Virus record (IMG/VR): IMGVR_UViG_3300031784_000077
Coordinates: 1 to 39,080 of that record
Source of the DNA: a virus
Lineage: Duplodnaviria > Caudoviricetes
Reading direction: 5' to 3' (one strand)
DNA: 39,080 bases
A program made the translations under genes and the position numbers. This document shows, one piece after another, positions 16,970 to 27,347 of this stretch (positions are counted from its first letter, which is position 1; every line of letters begins with the position of its first letter). The notes beneath the pieces are model-generated. The model searched no databases. It saw only the letters and a list, made by a program, of their open reading frames with translations, and was not told where the DNA came from.

Positions 16970-17311
16970 TCACGAATAGCTGACTGTGACAGCTTGGCCT
17001 GTGCCCGGAGTTACAACGATGCCGTAAACCACCGGAAGATTAACAAATACAACACCGACTGTGTTTGGGATAGTGTAAATAGGTCTGGTGGTGGTGCCAG
17101 TTGCGGCGGCATCATAGATAGTGCCAACGCTTGACCCTGCGGTTGTGACTGTAACCATGGCCAGACGCCCGGCAGCGCCATTCACAACCGTCGTAGTGGT
17201 GATGTTTTGCAGGATTCTTGCACCCTGTACTGACACATAAGTCTGCGCTAGGCCGTTAATGGCCGATGCAATGTTTTTTGCGGTAGTGAGAAGATCGCTT
17301 AATGATGCCAT
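16970..17311 (-). CDS. Small virion protein, beta-rich C-terminus
   Basis: 113 aa, in line with the operon; GAAGRL..VTVTTAGS..G.IYD...GIVVTPG pattern. Confidence 0.6.
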   Translation of the reverse strand: MASLSDLLTTAKNIASAINGLAQTYVSVQGARILQNITTTTVVNGAAGRLAMVTVTTAGSSVGTIYDAAATGTTTRPIYTIPNTVGVVFVNLPVVYGIVVTPGTGQAVTVSYS

Positions 17312-17314
17312 GAT

Positions 17315-19411
17315 TTAGAACTTTCCATCCGGTTGAACGCGATAGCGGATGTTCCCAATTCGCCAAAATGAGTCAATGTCGCTACTGCCAAGGCCAATCG
17401 ACACCAACCTGCCACGAAAGCGTGGAGAAATAAATGTCGTGCCCTGCGTCAATGGATACGGGCCATATGTGGTGGGCGTCTGCCCGGCGTAATCCGCAAC
17501 GTAGAATGTCAGGTTGACTGTGGCGTTTTGAGATCCGTCGTAATACCCCCATTTCATGTCTGGCCAGACCTGATCGACAAACATTTTTACGTCCGCTTCC
17601 GCCATGGCAAAATAACCTGTTTGGAAGCTGGATAGCATGGGCTGACCGTCAGCGTTTTGCGATGTCTCATGCTGGTAAATGTAGCGGCTAGTGGGATCTG
17701 CGCCAACGGGCGGCCCAATAACAGACTGATCAACCCAAGCGGATCGGCCAAGCGACCCAAAATCCCAGACCTGTAGGAAGACGTTGTATTTGGCGTATGC
17801 GTTGACCTCGCCGCCACTGCTCATGGTCGGATAATACCAAGTAATTTCACCAAAGCGCGAATTTACCCCGACCCTAATTTTTTCTAAATTAGTTTGGTCA
17901 AGGTCTTGGAATATGACGTCCCAAATTGGGCACGAAACAGGCTGCACACCCTGACCGGTCATTGAAAAGAATTGCGATGGCCCCATCCAATAAACGGCTC
18001 CGTTGATGGATGCTGCGGCTTTTTTAGCAATTAGACCGCAGCCAGAGCCCACCTCGTTGAAGGAATAAACGTATGGCTGCCCGATATACTGCATCGACCA
18101 AACGCCAATGTCGGTCCATAGCAGCGCCTGCTGAGCGGCCTGAATAGCGCCAACAATCCTTGAGCCTTTGGGTATGCGGTAGGAACCAGCCTGATTAATA
18201 ACGGTGGCAATCCAGTCGTTATAATTACTGACATCGCACCACCGGACAAGCAGCGGATCTTGGATGCCCGTAAATGTCGATCCAAAAGCGATGATCTGGC
18301 GCTGAGGCATGGCCACGAAGATGCCGCTATTAACCGGAGGTGCCTGCGGAATGACAGTCGCCTGAGGGTTCGAGTCAGTTGGGTCCCATTCATAAATAGG
18401 CTGAAACTGCGGGGATTGCTCATATGTTGGGCAGGCAAGAAGGATTTCACCCCAGTTATCAAGGCTCCAATCATCCGCATTAATTGCGGTCCCGGTGCTG
18501 GGGGCAACAGCGGTACCGGTTCCGTACCCTCCGCTTCCATAGGTCCCAACGCCATATCCGGTGCCCGATGAAATAGCGCCAACGCCAAAGTTATAAATAA
18601 AGTGGGCTTGGTTGCCGTTTAAATAGCCGGTCGTGGTTGATGTCGGGAGCGTCAGCGCGTTAATCGTAAATTGGCTGCTGCTAATGACGGATTCAACGAC
18701 AAAATCGCCATAAAATGTAGTGCCGCCAACCGTTGTAGACATGAGCACAGGGAAGGTGCTGCCCGGCAAGTAACCATGATTGGCCAATGTGACTGTAACA
18801 GAGGCTGCCCCAGATACAACGGAGAAAAGCGGAAGCGTTGTGGTCGTTGATGTTGATGTGGCTGGGAGCGGCGAACCAAGGCTATCCAGCGCCTGCACAG
18901 AATAAGATGTGGCCCCAAGGTACCCGTCAGGATCGCACTGATACAGACCAAACAGAATAAGGCCGCCAACCGATATTTGCGTTGCGATGTAGACCGTATT
19001 GTACTGTGTTATGCCCGTGGTGGTCGCGTCTGTAATAATGACGAAGCTGCTTCCAGACGTGGATGAGGCCGCTGCCGTGACGTTATCTGAGGTTGAGCGC
19101 GGCGTGATGTCATCAGCAACGCCATTTGTGATTACGCCAAGCTGGGCAGATCCGGTAACGCCCACCTCTTCTGTACCGTAAGCAAGGTGCTTGTTTGCCA
19201 GCGTATCCTGCCAAGCCCACAGAGCGCGGGTGATGGCAGGCGTTGTGTTGGGGTAATATTTAGTCCATCCACCAAGCTTCTGGACCAACGCGCCCTGCTG
19301 CCGATCAGGGATAAAGCGGACAAGTTCGCTGACTGAAATACCAGCCTCATTTAGGGCCGGTGTTTCATTTTGATCGACGCCGGGGCGTAGCTTCAAACTG
19401 GCGTGAGGCAT
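17315..19411 (-). CDS. Tail nozzle / head-closure protein (positional and structural analogue of P22 gp10 or T7 gp12)
   Basis: 698 aa, beta-propeller-like: LRPGVDQNET, WSLDNWGEILLA, DPLLVRWCD, LLWTD..VWSMQYIGQPYVY, VYWMG, RFRGR, WRIGNIRY..QPDG; follows the adaptor gene. Confidence 0.72.
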   Translation of the reverse strand: MPHASLKLRPGVDQNETPALNEAGISVSELVRFIPDRQQGALVQKLGGWTKYYPNTTPAITRALWAWQDTLANKHLAYGTEEVGVTGSAQLGVITNGVADDITPRSTSDNVTAAASSTSGSSFVIITDATTTGITQYNTVYIATQISVGGLILFGLYQCDPDGYLGATSYSVQALDSLGSPLPATSTSTTTTLPLFSVVSGAASVTVTLANHGYLPGSTFPVLMSTTVGGTTFYGDFVVESVISSSQFTINALTLPTSTTTGYLNGNQAHFIYNFGVGAISSGTGYGVGTYGSGGYGTGTAVAPSTGTAINADDWSLDNWGEILLACPTYEQSPQFQPIYEWDPTDSNPQATVIPQAPPVNSGIFVAMPQRQIIAFGSTFTGIQDPLLVRWCDVSNYNDWIATVINQAGSYRIPKGSRIVGAIQAAQQALLWTDIGVWSMQYIGQPYVYSFNEVGSGCGLIAKKAAASINGAVYWMGPSQFFSMTGQGVQPVSCPIWDVIFQDLDQTNLEKIRVGVNSRFGEITWYYPTMSSGGEVNAYAKYNVFLQVWDFGSLGRSAWVDQSVIGPPVGADPTSRYIYQHETSQNADGQPMLSSFQTGYFAMAEADVKMFVDQVWPDMKWGYYDGSQNATVNLTFYVADYAGQTPTTYGPYPLTQGTTFISPRFRGRLVSIGLGSSDIDSFWRIGNIRYRVQPDGKF

Positions 19412-19417
19412 GAAGCG

Positions 19418-20200
19418 CTACCTTGTTGGAGTGGCCGCAACGGGAGGCGACATGGATGACCAAGCGGATGCGCTGAACTTTTTGCGCCCCTCTTCGACCG
19501 CAGCCCCCTTCAGCAGGTTCTGATACTGCAATTCATAAGTTGGCCCCATGGCAGGGTCGTTAGACGCCTGACCAAAGTTGCGCTGGAATTGGGAAATATA
19601 AATCAGCGACGCTTGGATCAAAAGGTCCGGGAAATATGTGCTGATAAAGGTTGTGCCGGTGTTGGCCAAAGGCGTTGTCGCGTTTTCGTATAGCGTTGGC
19701 AGGCGCACCGTGCCGGTCACTTCTACGGTGTAAGCGGCGTCAGGATATGGCCCCACAATAATATTGTTGTAAGTTTCGCCGCCAGTGGAGAGGTCGCCAC
19801 CAAACATGGCAAAAAGCTTTGGCTGAGCCCTGCTGGCGGTAGCCGAAGATCCATACACATTTTGCAGATATTCTTTTGTGGCAGGAAGGAGTGGGTATGT
19901 CACCCCGTCCACGCTCAGGGCAATTGTTTGCACGGTGACAAAATCATACGCCCCAATCTGCAATTTGTTATCGCCAATGGTCAGGGTGTAGGGACGCGAT
20001 GTTTGCGATGGGAGGAGGTCCAAATCGCGCTGGATGCGCAGTTCCGCATAGTTGAGCATTTGGGGGATGATGTCGTTAAATGAAGTATCAACCCCCACGA
20101 CAACACCAGCGGTGGTTTGCACATTAACAACGGCCATGGTGGCGACCTGCGTCACATAGCCATTATAGGTGAGTGGTGTTGTCTGAGGTGTTGCTGGCAT
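19418..20200 (-). CDS. Head-tail adaptor / tail tubular protein A-like
   Basis: Probable start ATG 20200 (CAGGA upstream); LTYNGYV...IPQMLNYAELRIQRDLD...GPYPDAAYTVE...FPDLLIQASL...YQNLL pattern; adjacent to the nozzle. Confidence 0.65.
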   Translation of the reverse strand: MPATPQTTPLTYNGYVTQVATMAVVNVQTTAGVVVGVDTSFNDIIPQMLNYAELRIQRDLDLLPSQTSRPYTLTIGDNKLQIGAYDFVTVQTIALSVDGVTYPLLPATKEYLQNVYGSSATASRAQPKLFAMFGGDLSTGGETYNNIIVGPYPDAAYTVEVTGTVRLPTLYENATTPLANTGTTFISTYFPDLLIQASLIYISQFQRNFGQASNDPAMGPTYELQYQNLLKGAAVEEGRKKFSASAWSSMSPPVAATPTR

Positions 20201-20249
20201 GGCATCCTGCTGCAATAAAAATGATTGCGGCGTTCTACCAAATATAGAG

Positions 20250-21326
20250 TCAATGTTCTAGTGCTGATAATAAATCGGCATTTTTAGTCATGAGCCTTAG
20301 GTTTTCCAGCAATCGCTCATCATCTGGGGCATGCTGGATCGCCAGTTCGCACTGCTCAATTGCCACCTCTTTCATGCCAAGATACCAAGCTGCGATGCTG
20401 GCATAGTCATGCGGCTTCGCTCCCCACACCTCAGGATCGACCGTGTAGACCAGTTCGCGGTCCTTGATGGCCAGTGCAGACAGCGCAGCGCCATAGCATT
20501 CAGCCCACATGTGCCGTTCATAGGCCAGCTTAGCAATCTCGACCCAAGGTTCGCGGGTGTTTGGCGCTTCCACCATGCCCATGCGCGCAGCGCGCATAGC
20601 GTTGTCCCAGTCGCCCAATTCAGAATAGCAGCGCGACATTACCCTGTACGCATAGCAGCGCTCATTCGCCCAACTGGCACCCGGCAACGCCAGATACCGA
20701 TTGCATTCATCAATGGCCTTTTGCCACTGCCCATGGAACGATAATTCGCGGGCATAATAAAACGCGTTGCGTGGATCGTGCGGGTCTTCTTTGACCGACA
20801 TTTCCAACAGCGGCAGATACTGGCCACGGCTCTTGGTATTGTCCGGCTTATGCACCACCAGCAGCATATCTGTCTGGGCGTACTTTTCATCGATCAGATA
20901 AGGCACCGGATATTCATGGCATGGGTGAACCCAGCGATAGCCATGACGCGCATGAATTTTTTCGTAAAAGAACGCGATTCCGGCACCCCAGTCGAATTTA
21001 TATCGCAGGCGGGTGGTGTCTTCCGCCCACACGCGCTCAATTTCCTCACGCCAACCGGGCTGGAGTTCTTCGTCCAGATCAAGGCTGACGCAGATGTCTA
21101 TGTCTTTTGGGATAAGGGCCAGCGCAGCATTGCGCGCATCGTCAAAGCGCCATGGTGTGATGCAAATTGGCAACACCTTTGCGCCATGCTTCTTGGCAAG
21201 CTTGACGGTATTGTCGGTTGACCCAGTGTCAGCAATCAGGATTAGGTCTGCATCGCTGGCCGATTTGCAGAACCGCTCAACAAACATCTCCTCATTTTTG
21301 GAGATGGCATAAACGCATATTTTCAT
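20250..21326 (-). CDS. Glycosyltransferase family 2 with C-terminal TPR repeats
   Basis: KICVYAISKNEE, DTGSTDNT, FDDARNAAL, SLDLDE (DxD), HE motif; helical repeats (RNAFYYAREL...WQKAIDEC; AYRVMSRCY..LGDWDNA). Confidence 0.9.
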   Translation of the reverse strand: MKICVYAISKNEEMFVERFCKSASDADLILIADTGSTDNTVKLAKKHGAKVLPICITPWRFDDARNAALALIPKDIDICVSLDLDEELQPGWREEIERVWAEDTTRLRYKFDWGAGIAFFYEKIHARHGYRWVHPCHEYPVPYLIDEKYAQTDMLLVVHKPDNTKSRGQYLPLLEMSVKEDPHDPRNAFYYARELSFHGQWQKAIDECNRYLALPGASWANERCYAYRVMSRCYSELGDWDNAMRAARMGMVEAPNTREPWVEIAKLAYERHMWAECYGAALSALAIKDRELVYTVDPEVWGAKPHDYASIAAWYLGMKEVAIEQCELAIQHAPDDERLLENLRLMTKNADLLSALEH

Positions 21327-21343
21327 CGCAATATATAATCCAT

Positions 21344-21376
21344 AAAATAGTGGTCGCCCCGTTTATAGAGGCGACC
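21344..21376 (-). terminator. Hairpin, possible weak intrinsic terminator
   Basis: Minus strand GGTCGCCTC-TATAAAC-GGGGCGACC followed by ACTATTTT, in the intergenic gap. Confidence 0.5.
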
Positions 21377-21395
21377 CATAGCGTTATCAAATTTT

Positions 21396-21737
21396 TTAAA
21401 GTGTGGATGGTGCCCACGGCAGTGGAGGGGTCACCACAGGTGGGTCAATCTGGTCGGCAATCTGCTGGGCTACATTGGCCTCATATGCAGCAACCTGCTC
21501 AGCGCCCATAGCAGCTTGCACCCAGCCAATGACCTGCGCTTCGGTCAGGTCTTCATATGGCGTAAAAGGTGCGTCAGGATCAATGGTCACGCCCTGAGAG
21601 CCATATACGCTCCCCACATATGTGCCGTCCGTTCCGGTCAATGTCCAATGTACGGTGAAGACCACATCGGTCTCGCCGTCGTATTCTGGATAGGCGTCCA
21701 TCTGTTGTACGCCCCAAGTGTTCGTGATGGTCATCAT
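21396..21737 (-). CDS. Small acidic tail-fibre-associated protein
   Basis: Probable start 21737 or 21734, overlapping the upstream stop; TWGVQQMDAYPE...DVVFTVHW...FTPYEDLTEAQVIGWV...PLPW. Confidence 0.65.
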   Translation of the reverse strand: MMTITNTWGVQQMDAYPEYDGETDVVFTVHWTLTGTDGTYVGSVYGSQGVTIDPDAPFTPYEDLTEAQVIGWVQAAMGAEQVAAYEANVAQQIADQIDPPVVTPPLPWAPSTL

Positions 21738-22090
21738 TCGGTTCCTTCTGTTATCTCTACCCAAGCCAGTGTGGCTTCGTCCCAGTAATATGGTTTGCCG
21801 TCATCCGGCTTTGGTGTGGGTGCATCCCACAGGCAAGTGTCTTCATCAAGTAGCCACGACGAAAATGGCGATGGCGGGATAAACGCATCGCGCTCTGCGT
21901 CATAGGTGTAGCCAATCCCCGCATAGTTCTTACGCAGCGGACGCCCTTCGGGGTGCTGGCCTCCATGCGTGTTGTAAGATGTCTGGATGAAAAGCGCAGG
22001 GTCGCCAAAAAGGCCCGTGTCGATAACGTCCTGCTCAATGACAAGCACTTCTGCGACGATGCCGTCGATAACTTTGGCAAAGTGGCTCAC
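21734..22090 (-). CDS. Tail-fibre-associated protein
   Basis: MSHFAKV...QTSYN...RKNYAGIGYTYD..RDAFI.P.PF.SW.LDE.TC.W.AP; GTG start overlapping the stop of the glycine-rich gene. Confidence 0.7.
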   Translation of the reverse strand: MSHFAKVIDGIVAEVLVIEQDVIDTGLFGDPALFIQTSYNTHGGQHPEGRPLRKNYAGIGYTYDAERDAFIPPSPFSSWLLDEDTCLWDAPTPKPDDGKPYYWDEATLAWVEITEGTE

Positions 22091-22965
22091 GCCGTGTAAC
22101 TCCCCGATGAGTTAAATTGCATAATAGTGTTTGAGCCGCTGGTCGTGACCGTCGGTGAACCTGTCGTGGCACCGCTATAGCTGGCAGTCGGTACGGAAAT
22201 AATGACCACACCGGAGCCGCCTGCACCGCCTGTGCGCAGAATGTTTGTGGGTCCAGTGCCTGAACCACCACCACCACCGCCAGTGTTCGCGGTGCCCGCA
22301 GAGCCATTGGCGTCTGCGCCACCATTACCCCCGCCGCCAGCGCCGCCTGTGCCAGCAGCCGAACTGGAAGTCCGTTTGCCGCCGCCGCCGCCGCCAGCGC
22401 GTGTGACTGATGTGCCCGTTATTGAAGAAGCTGTTCCATCCCCTCCGGGCGCGCCAGAACCAAAGCTGCCAGAGCCTCCCGCGCCAGCGCCGCCACCCCC
22501 GCCTCCGCACTGTACGTCACCATTTGAGGTGCTGCTCTGGCCAAAACCACCAGAGTTGCCTTGTCCTGAAGTTCCCGCAGCGCCGCCGGGATTGCCTGAA
22601 GCGAATGTGCCGCAACCGCCGCCGCCAGAACCCCCAGAGTTGGGCGCGGTTACAGAACCGAACGAAAGGCTTGAGCCACCACCGCCACCTCCTATGGCAG
22701 TCTGGCCAAGTGCCGAAGAGTTGCTGCCGTTGTTGCCGATAGCCACACTGCTGGGGGAAGCCCCGCCAGCACCCACCGTAATGGTATATGTGGTGCTTGG
22801 AGTTAACGTCGAAGTGCCTGCTAGGTAGCCTCCGGCACCGCCCCCACCTGTACCACAGTTGGTGTCAGCGGTACCGCCTGAAGCACCGCCAGCGATGACC
22901 AGATAGGACGCTGTATACGCGGCCTTAGCACCCGCACCAAGAAGGGCGCACATTACTCCGGACAT
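22087..22965 (-). CDS. Glycine-rich fibre-tip / adhesin protein
   Basis: YLVIAGG..GGGGAGG..YTITVGAGG...GTANTGGGGGG...GGSGVVII...FNSSGSY; polyglycine-rich domain directly downstream of the fibre gene. Confidence 0.78.
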   Translation of the reverse strand: MSGVMCALLGAGAKAAYTASYLVIAGGASGGTADTNCGTGGGGAGGYLAGTSTLTPSTTYTITVGAGGASPSSVAIGNNGSNSSALGQTAIGGGGGGSSLSFGSVTAPNSGGSGGGGCGTFASGNPGGAAGTSGQGNSGGFGQSSTSNGDVQCGGGGGGAGAGGSGSFGSGAPGGDGTASSITGTSVTRAGGGGGGKRTSSSAAGTGGAGGGGNGGADANGSAGTANTGGGGGGSGTGPTNILRTGGAGGSGVVIISVPTASYSGATTGSPTVTTSGSNTIMQFNSSGSYTA

Positions 22966-25727
22966 CAGGTAACGCCCGCCCCGGAGATATACCAGCGGTT
23001 TGTGCCGACCTTAAGGAGTGTGGCCACGGACCCAATCGCCATTGTGCGAGTGCCAGTCGTGGCAGCGCCAGTACCTGCAAGCACAAGGGTAACACCCGAA
23101 GCCGGAACAACCGTCTTTGCTGCGTCTTCGACAACAATCGTGATCGCCGCGCCGATAGGAAAGGCTGTGGTGGCATTGGCCGGAATTGTAATAGCAAACG
23201 CACCAGCCGTAGCATAAACATGGTCACCTTGGTCAGCCAGCGCCAGCGTGTAGGTCGATGTCTGTTGGTTCTGCGGCAGACCCTTGTAGCCAACGGCGTC
23301 AGCGAGGTCAGCGGATGTGATACCGCCTGTGCTGAGGATGCGGAAGCGTTCGTTACCATTGGTACGGAACGCCATTGCGCTTGAACCCTGAACCGTAATA
23401 AGACCGGCATCAGTACAGGCGATTAGGCCATTTTCAGCCGTCACCCCACTGTTGGTGAACTGAAGGGCCGCAGCAGTTGCAGTGGCATTTGAGCGTAAAC
23501 GCGCCGCATAACCAAGACCGGAGGTCGTGTCCGCTGCCGAAACGTCAAGCCTGTAGCCGGGGTCTGTGTTGCCAATCCCGACGTTGCCACCGCTGACAAT
23601 ACGCATACGCTCTGTGGCACTCGTTAAGAACGCAATTGGAGCAGCTTCTTGCGTAATAATCGCAAGCGCACCTGTCCCGCGATGCTCGACATTGCTACCG
23701 CTGTTTGCACCTCCGTTGGTGCGGATTAGGCGGAGGCCGTTATTGTAGGTCGTGTCACCCTGAAGGTCGATAAAGCTGTAGCCGTTACCACTACGACCAG
23801 AGCCAACGCGGATATATTGGTCGCCAGTCGAAGCGCCGGAAAGCAACATGCTTCCGCCCGCACCGACATCTAACTCCTCACCCGGCGAACTCGTACCAAT
23901 CCCGACAAGACCCGCGCTGGTGATGCGCATACGTTCTGTGCCATTGGTAACAAAGGTTGCAAATCCAGTAGCGCCAAGTTCAATATTTCCAGAAGCACCA
24001 GCAAGGTAGCCGACGCCTGTCCCACCAACGCTTAGGCCGTAAAAAGCAGTGGTCGTCCCGTTGACTTGGACAAGACCACGATTGGCAGCAGAATAAGCAA
24101 AAGAACTCGTACCAATCCCGACGTTGCCGCTGGCGTCGATGCGCATCCGCTCTGTGCCACCGATACCCAACAATAATGCTGTGCCGGAACTATCGCTAGT
24201 AAGAATACCGCCGCCAGAAACGCCGCCAATCAGTACGCCAGTATTAGGAGTGCTGTTGCGGAAATAACCTTGGTAATCCGTAGCCGACACCGCCTGAACG
24301 CGGTAGCTTGGTGAACTCGTACCAATCCCGACGTTTGTGCCGTCAAAGACAAAGTTGGCAGAACCAGCAAAAGATCCGCTGCTATTGTACTGAACCTGCG
24401 TGTTGCTGCCGCCAATCGCTGGCGTAGCGCCTGTGGGGCCTGTCGGACCACCAGCACCGGTCGAACCAGTTGGGCCAGTAGTGCCTGTTGGTCCAGTCGG
24501 GCCTGTGTCGCCCTGCACACCCTGAGCGCCTGTAGGACCCGTGGGGCCTGTCAGGCCGGTAGCGCCGGTCGGGCCAGTGGGGCCTGTAGCACCTGTGCTG
24601 CCTGTGGCACCGGTTGGGCCAAGCTGGGTGTACATGACCTGTTGAGCGGTGAAAATTACACCCGGAATAGCGGGCGACACCGGGGTAGTCCCAGCAGGCA
24701 CTGACTGAATTGAGATGGCCGTGTTTGTAGTGGCCCAGATCATTTCGATATAATCGGTGGCCGCGACCTTCAGAATAAAGTTAACGGTCATCAGGCCATA
24801 GCCATCTATGCCGCCGTGTCTTTGCTGAATACTGAGTCGCGTATCACTGTCTGGAATATCGCCAGTGCTGCCGCTATCGTTTTTCCGCAGCCAGACATTT
24901 ACGTCATGAATTTGCGTGTCTGTGTTCACAAATTGAATTGAAAATGTGAGGCTATAGACGCCTGCGCTTGCAAACGTGACGCGGCTGCCGGACGCTACAG
25001 TAACCCCGTTGTTATCGGGATCAGCGCTATTAAGATTGACCGAATAAGCCGTGTTTGCGGCAGCGGCTGTTTGGTCAGTCGTATCCCAGAACGACCCCCA
25101 ATAGCCAAGCGCACCGCCAGACCCTGTTGGCCCCTGATTTCCGGTCGGACCTGTTGGGCCAGTGCCCCCGGTATTGCCAGTTGGACCTGTTGGGCCTGTT
25201 GGGCCAGCGACGGTCGAATCAGCGCCTGTCGGTCCTGTAGGACCTGTCGCTCCTTGGATACCCTGAGCGCCCGTTGGGCCAGTTGGGCCAGCAACAGTTG
25301 ATGCAGCGCCGGTAGGACCGGTGGGGCCAGTTATCGAAGCGCCGGTTGGTCCAGTAGAACCCTGAGCGCCAGTGGAGCCTGTTGGCCCGGTTGGGCCGGT
25401 AACAGAAGGCCCAGTAACACCCTGCTGGCCCTGAGCCCCTGTGGGGCCAGTTGGACCGGAAACACCCGTGGGACCGGTGTCGCCTTGCGCACCTGTTGGG
25501 CCGACGGCACCGCCAGCGCCTGTACTACCAGTTGGCCCGGTTGGCCCTGTGGCACCTGTCGGACCAATTCCGCCTTGTGCGCCCGTTGGACCAGTTGGAC
25601 CTGCCTGAAGCCCTGCAACAGCCAACGTGGTCGTGCGACGCGAAACACCAGCTTGGACAATTTCCAACTGCTCTTCGCCACTCAATGATGTGGCAAGTGG
25701 AAGCTGAGGAATTGTTGTATTAGCCAT
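22965..25727 (-). CDS. Collagen-like (Gly-X-Thr) tail or head fibre protein
   Basis: Two long GPT/GAT/GAQ triplet runs separated by a globular domain, then [11 protein letters not shown] and four ERMRI..GNVGIGT modules. Confidence 0.88.
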   Translation of the reverse strand: MANTTIPQLPLATSLSGEEQLEIVQAGVSRRTTTLAVAGLQAGPTGPTGAQGGIGPTGATGPTGPTGSTGAGGAVGPTGAQGDTGPTGVSGPTGPTGAQGQQGVTGPSVTGPTGPTGSTGAQGSTGPTGASITGPTGPTGAASTVAGPTGPTGAQGIQGATGPTGPTGADSTVAGPTGPTGPTGNTGGTGPTGPTGNQGPTGSGGALGYWGSFWDTTDQTAAAANTAYSVNLNSADPDNNGVTVASGSRVTFASAGVYSLTFSIQFVNTDTQIHDVNVWLRKNDSGSTGDIPDSDTRLSIQQRHGGIDGYGLMTVNFILKVAATDYIEMIWATTNTAISIQSVPAGTTPVSPAIPGVIFTAQQVMYTQLGPTGATGSTGATGPTGPTGATGLTGPTGPTGAQGVQGDTGPTGPTGTTGPTGSTGAGGPTGPTGATPAIGGSNTQVQYNSSGSFAGSANFVFDGTNVGIGTSSPSYRVQAVSATDYQGYFRNSTPNTGVLIGGVSGGGILTSDSSGTALLLGIGGTERMRIDASGNVGIGTSSFAYSAANRGLVQVNGTTTAFYGLSVGGTGVGYLAGASGNIELGATGFATFVTNGTERMRITSAGLVGIGTSSPGEELDVGAGGSMLLSGASTGDQYIRVGSGRSGNGYSFIDLQGDTTYNNGLRLIRTNGGANSGSNVEHRGTGALAIITQEAAPIAFLTSATERMRIVSGGNVGIGNTDPGYRLDVSAADTTSGLGYAARLRSNATATAAALQFTNSGVTAENGLIACTDAGLITVQGSSAMAFRTNGNERFRILSTGGITSADLADAVGYKGLPQNQQTSTYTLALADQGDHVYATAGAFAITIPANATTAFPIGAAITIVVEDAAKTVVPASGVTLVLAGTGAATTGTRTMAIGSVATLLKVGTNRWYISGAGVT
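23887..24332. repeat. Three exact 20-bp direct repeats GAACTCGTACCAATCCCGAC
   Basis: Copies at 23887-23906, 24103-24122 and 24313-24332 (spacing 216 and 210 bp); partial fourth copy near 23572; they encode VGIGTSS. Confidence 0.9.
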
Positions 25728-25729
25728 TG

Positions 25730-26464
25730 TTAAATCCCCGTCTGCGGTATCTGGGTGAAGCCATATGGCAGGCCAACCAGAGCCGTGACCATGTTTGTTG
25801 TGCCGGTGAGCAGCGATGCTGCCGGTATAGCCTTATTTGTCTGATAGGTAAATGCCGTAGCAGTTGTAACCGTGATGCTGTAAAATCCACATGCGTCAGG
25901 ATCTGAAAGTCCTTCGACAGAGATTTGGGCGTCAGTTACAAGGCCGTGAGCCGCTGAGAACGTGACCGCAATTTGATCTGTGCCAACGGCGGAAACCGAC
26001 AAGGGGTTAAGCTTGACGGAGAAATGCTCTTTGCCAACCAGCGGCATGACTGCGCCTTGGGTCAGCCCGGTTGGCACCCCAGTTTGCTGCGTCAGCAAAT
26101 TCTCGCCATCTTCGGTGGAGAGCGTCACATTGACGGGAATTGGGATGCCTGTGGTTGGGTCGATGATCGGTGGCGCTGTGACTGTCTGGTAATCAGTCTC
26201 AGCCTGCCGGAAATCCTGCACACGCGCCTGCATGATAGGAATAGGATCGGCGGGCACCACAATAGCCCGCAACTGGTCCTGAGGCGTATCCACGCAGCTA
26301 TTGCAAACAAGGATGCGGATATTCTGCAAAGCAGCCCCGCGCCAGTCATACTGCCACTGAAGATCGACATGGTTGTAACGAAACCCGCAGCGGTCACAGA
26401 TCGCATGCGCTTGGGGGCTGGATGAACTTGTTCTGGCCCGACCTGACTGTGAGGCGTATGCCAT
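25730..26464 (-). CDS. Virion protein with N-terminal Zn-ribbon (CxxC...CxxC) and C-terminal beta domain
   Basis: [10 protein letters not shown]...VCNSCVD; C-terminal [17 protein letters not shown]...[13 protein letters not shown]. Confidence 0.7.
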   Translation of the reverse strand: MAYASQSGRARTSSSSPQAHAICDRCGFRYNHVDLQWQYDWRGAALQNIRILVCNSCVDTPQDQLRAIVVPADPIPIMQARVQDFRQAETDYQTVTAPPIIDPTTGIPIPVNVTLSTEDGENLLTQQTGVPTGLTQGAVMPLVGKEHFSVKLNPLSVSAVGTDQIAVTFSAAHGLVTDAQISVEGLSDPDACGFYSITVTTATAFTYQTNKAIPAASLLTGTTNMVTALVGLPYGFTQIPQTGI

Positions 26465-26469
26465 TTATT

Positions 26470-27336
26470 CTACCTAAAATAGCCAGAGATCATTGGGGAA
26501 ATGTACTGCTGGGCGGTTTCCACGTTCTGCATTGCCGCAATCTGATATGACTCATCCGCCAAAGGCTTCAGGATTTGGACGCGATCTGGTGCCCAAATCA
26601 TGGCCAGACGCTGCGCCAAACCATAGGCAAAAGCCTCAAGGAAATAATAAGGGACATTAACTGTCTGCCCATTGGTAAAATCCGAATCATCAATCTGGCA
26701 TACTTGATAGAAACTCAAGGCTGTCTGGGTGCCGTCCGGAACGGGCCACAGCGTCACATTTCCGCTGATCAGGCGATCCTGCCAATATGTTGTCGGGAAG
26801 CCCTGCTGCTCTTTATTTGGATAAGAAGCATATTCTGTGCGGCTGATTGGCAAAATTAAGCGGTCAATTGACTGCCCTGTCTCACCTGTAATTTGCCCTG
26901 CGGGCACTGTCTGAGATATACTGACAGTCCAACTGCTTCCTGAGCCAGCGGTAATGATGGTTCCGGTAATGATGCCATTACCAGAAATCGACATGCCAAT
27001 TGACGGCGTCCCGGAGGTCACTATCAGGCTTGTCCCGCTGATCGACCCCGTGAACACCTCTCCGCTTGTGACGATATAGGTATCCAGCATGACGATGTTG
27101 TTGCCGGGTACGCTGTATGTTGATTGGCCAGCGACAAGGGGGATTGTTTGGCGCGTGACCGTCCATAGGTTCACACCCTCAGAAGACCAGCGGCCAAGAA
27201 GCAGGTTCGACGCCATGCGCGCCGACTCCATATGCTCCTGAAGCAGCGCGGTATTGCGAATTCCGCACAGGTTAAAGGCATACAGCGTCAGTTCGCCAAG
27301 CGACGGATTATAATTAAAAGTGCCGCTTACGGTCAT
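26470..27336 (-). CDS. Head-tail adaptor / connector protein
   Basis: SGTFNYNP...SARMASNLLLGRWSSEGVNLW...ISRTEYASYPNKEQQGFPT...LWPVPD...VPYYFLEA..GLA.RLA; AAGGA RBS; downstream of the capsid genes. Confidence 0.7.
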   Translation of the reverse strand: MTVSGTFNYNPSLGELTLYAFNLCGIRNTALLQEHMESARMASNLLLGRWSSEGVNLWTVTRQTIPLVAGQSTYSVPGNNIVMLDTYIVTSGEVFTGSISGTSLIVTSGTPSIGMSISGNGIITGTIITAGSGSSWTVSISQTVPAGQITGETGQSIDRLILPISRTEYASYPNKEQQGFPTTYWQDRLISGNVTLWPVPDGTQTALSFYQVCQIDDSDFTNGQTVNVPYYFLEAFAYGLAQRLAMIWAPDRVQILKPLADESYQIAAMQNVETAQQYISPMISGYFR

Positions 27337-27347
27337 GCCGATATTCC

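Noticed and set aside
22202-22828. 208-aa proline-rich plus-strand ORF
   Set aside because: Mirror of the glycine codons (GGN read as NCC/CCN) of the glycine-rich adhesin.
23887-24332. Regularly spaced 20-bp repeats as a CRISPR array or invertase sites
   Set aside because: Spacing of about 210 bp, location inside an intact ORF, direct orientation, and no cas or recombinase gene in the window.
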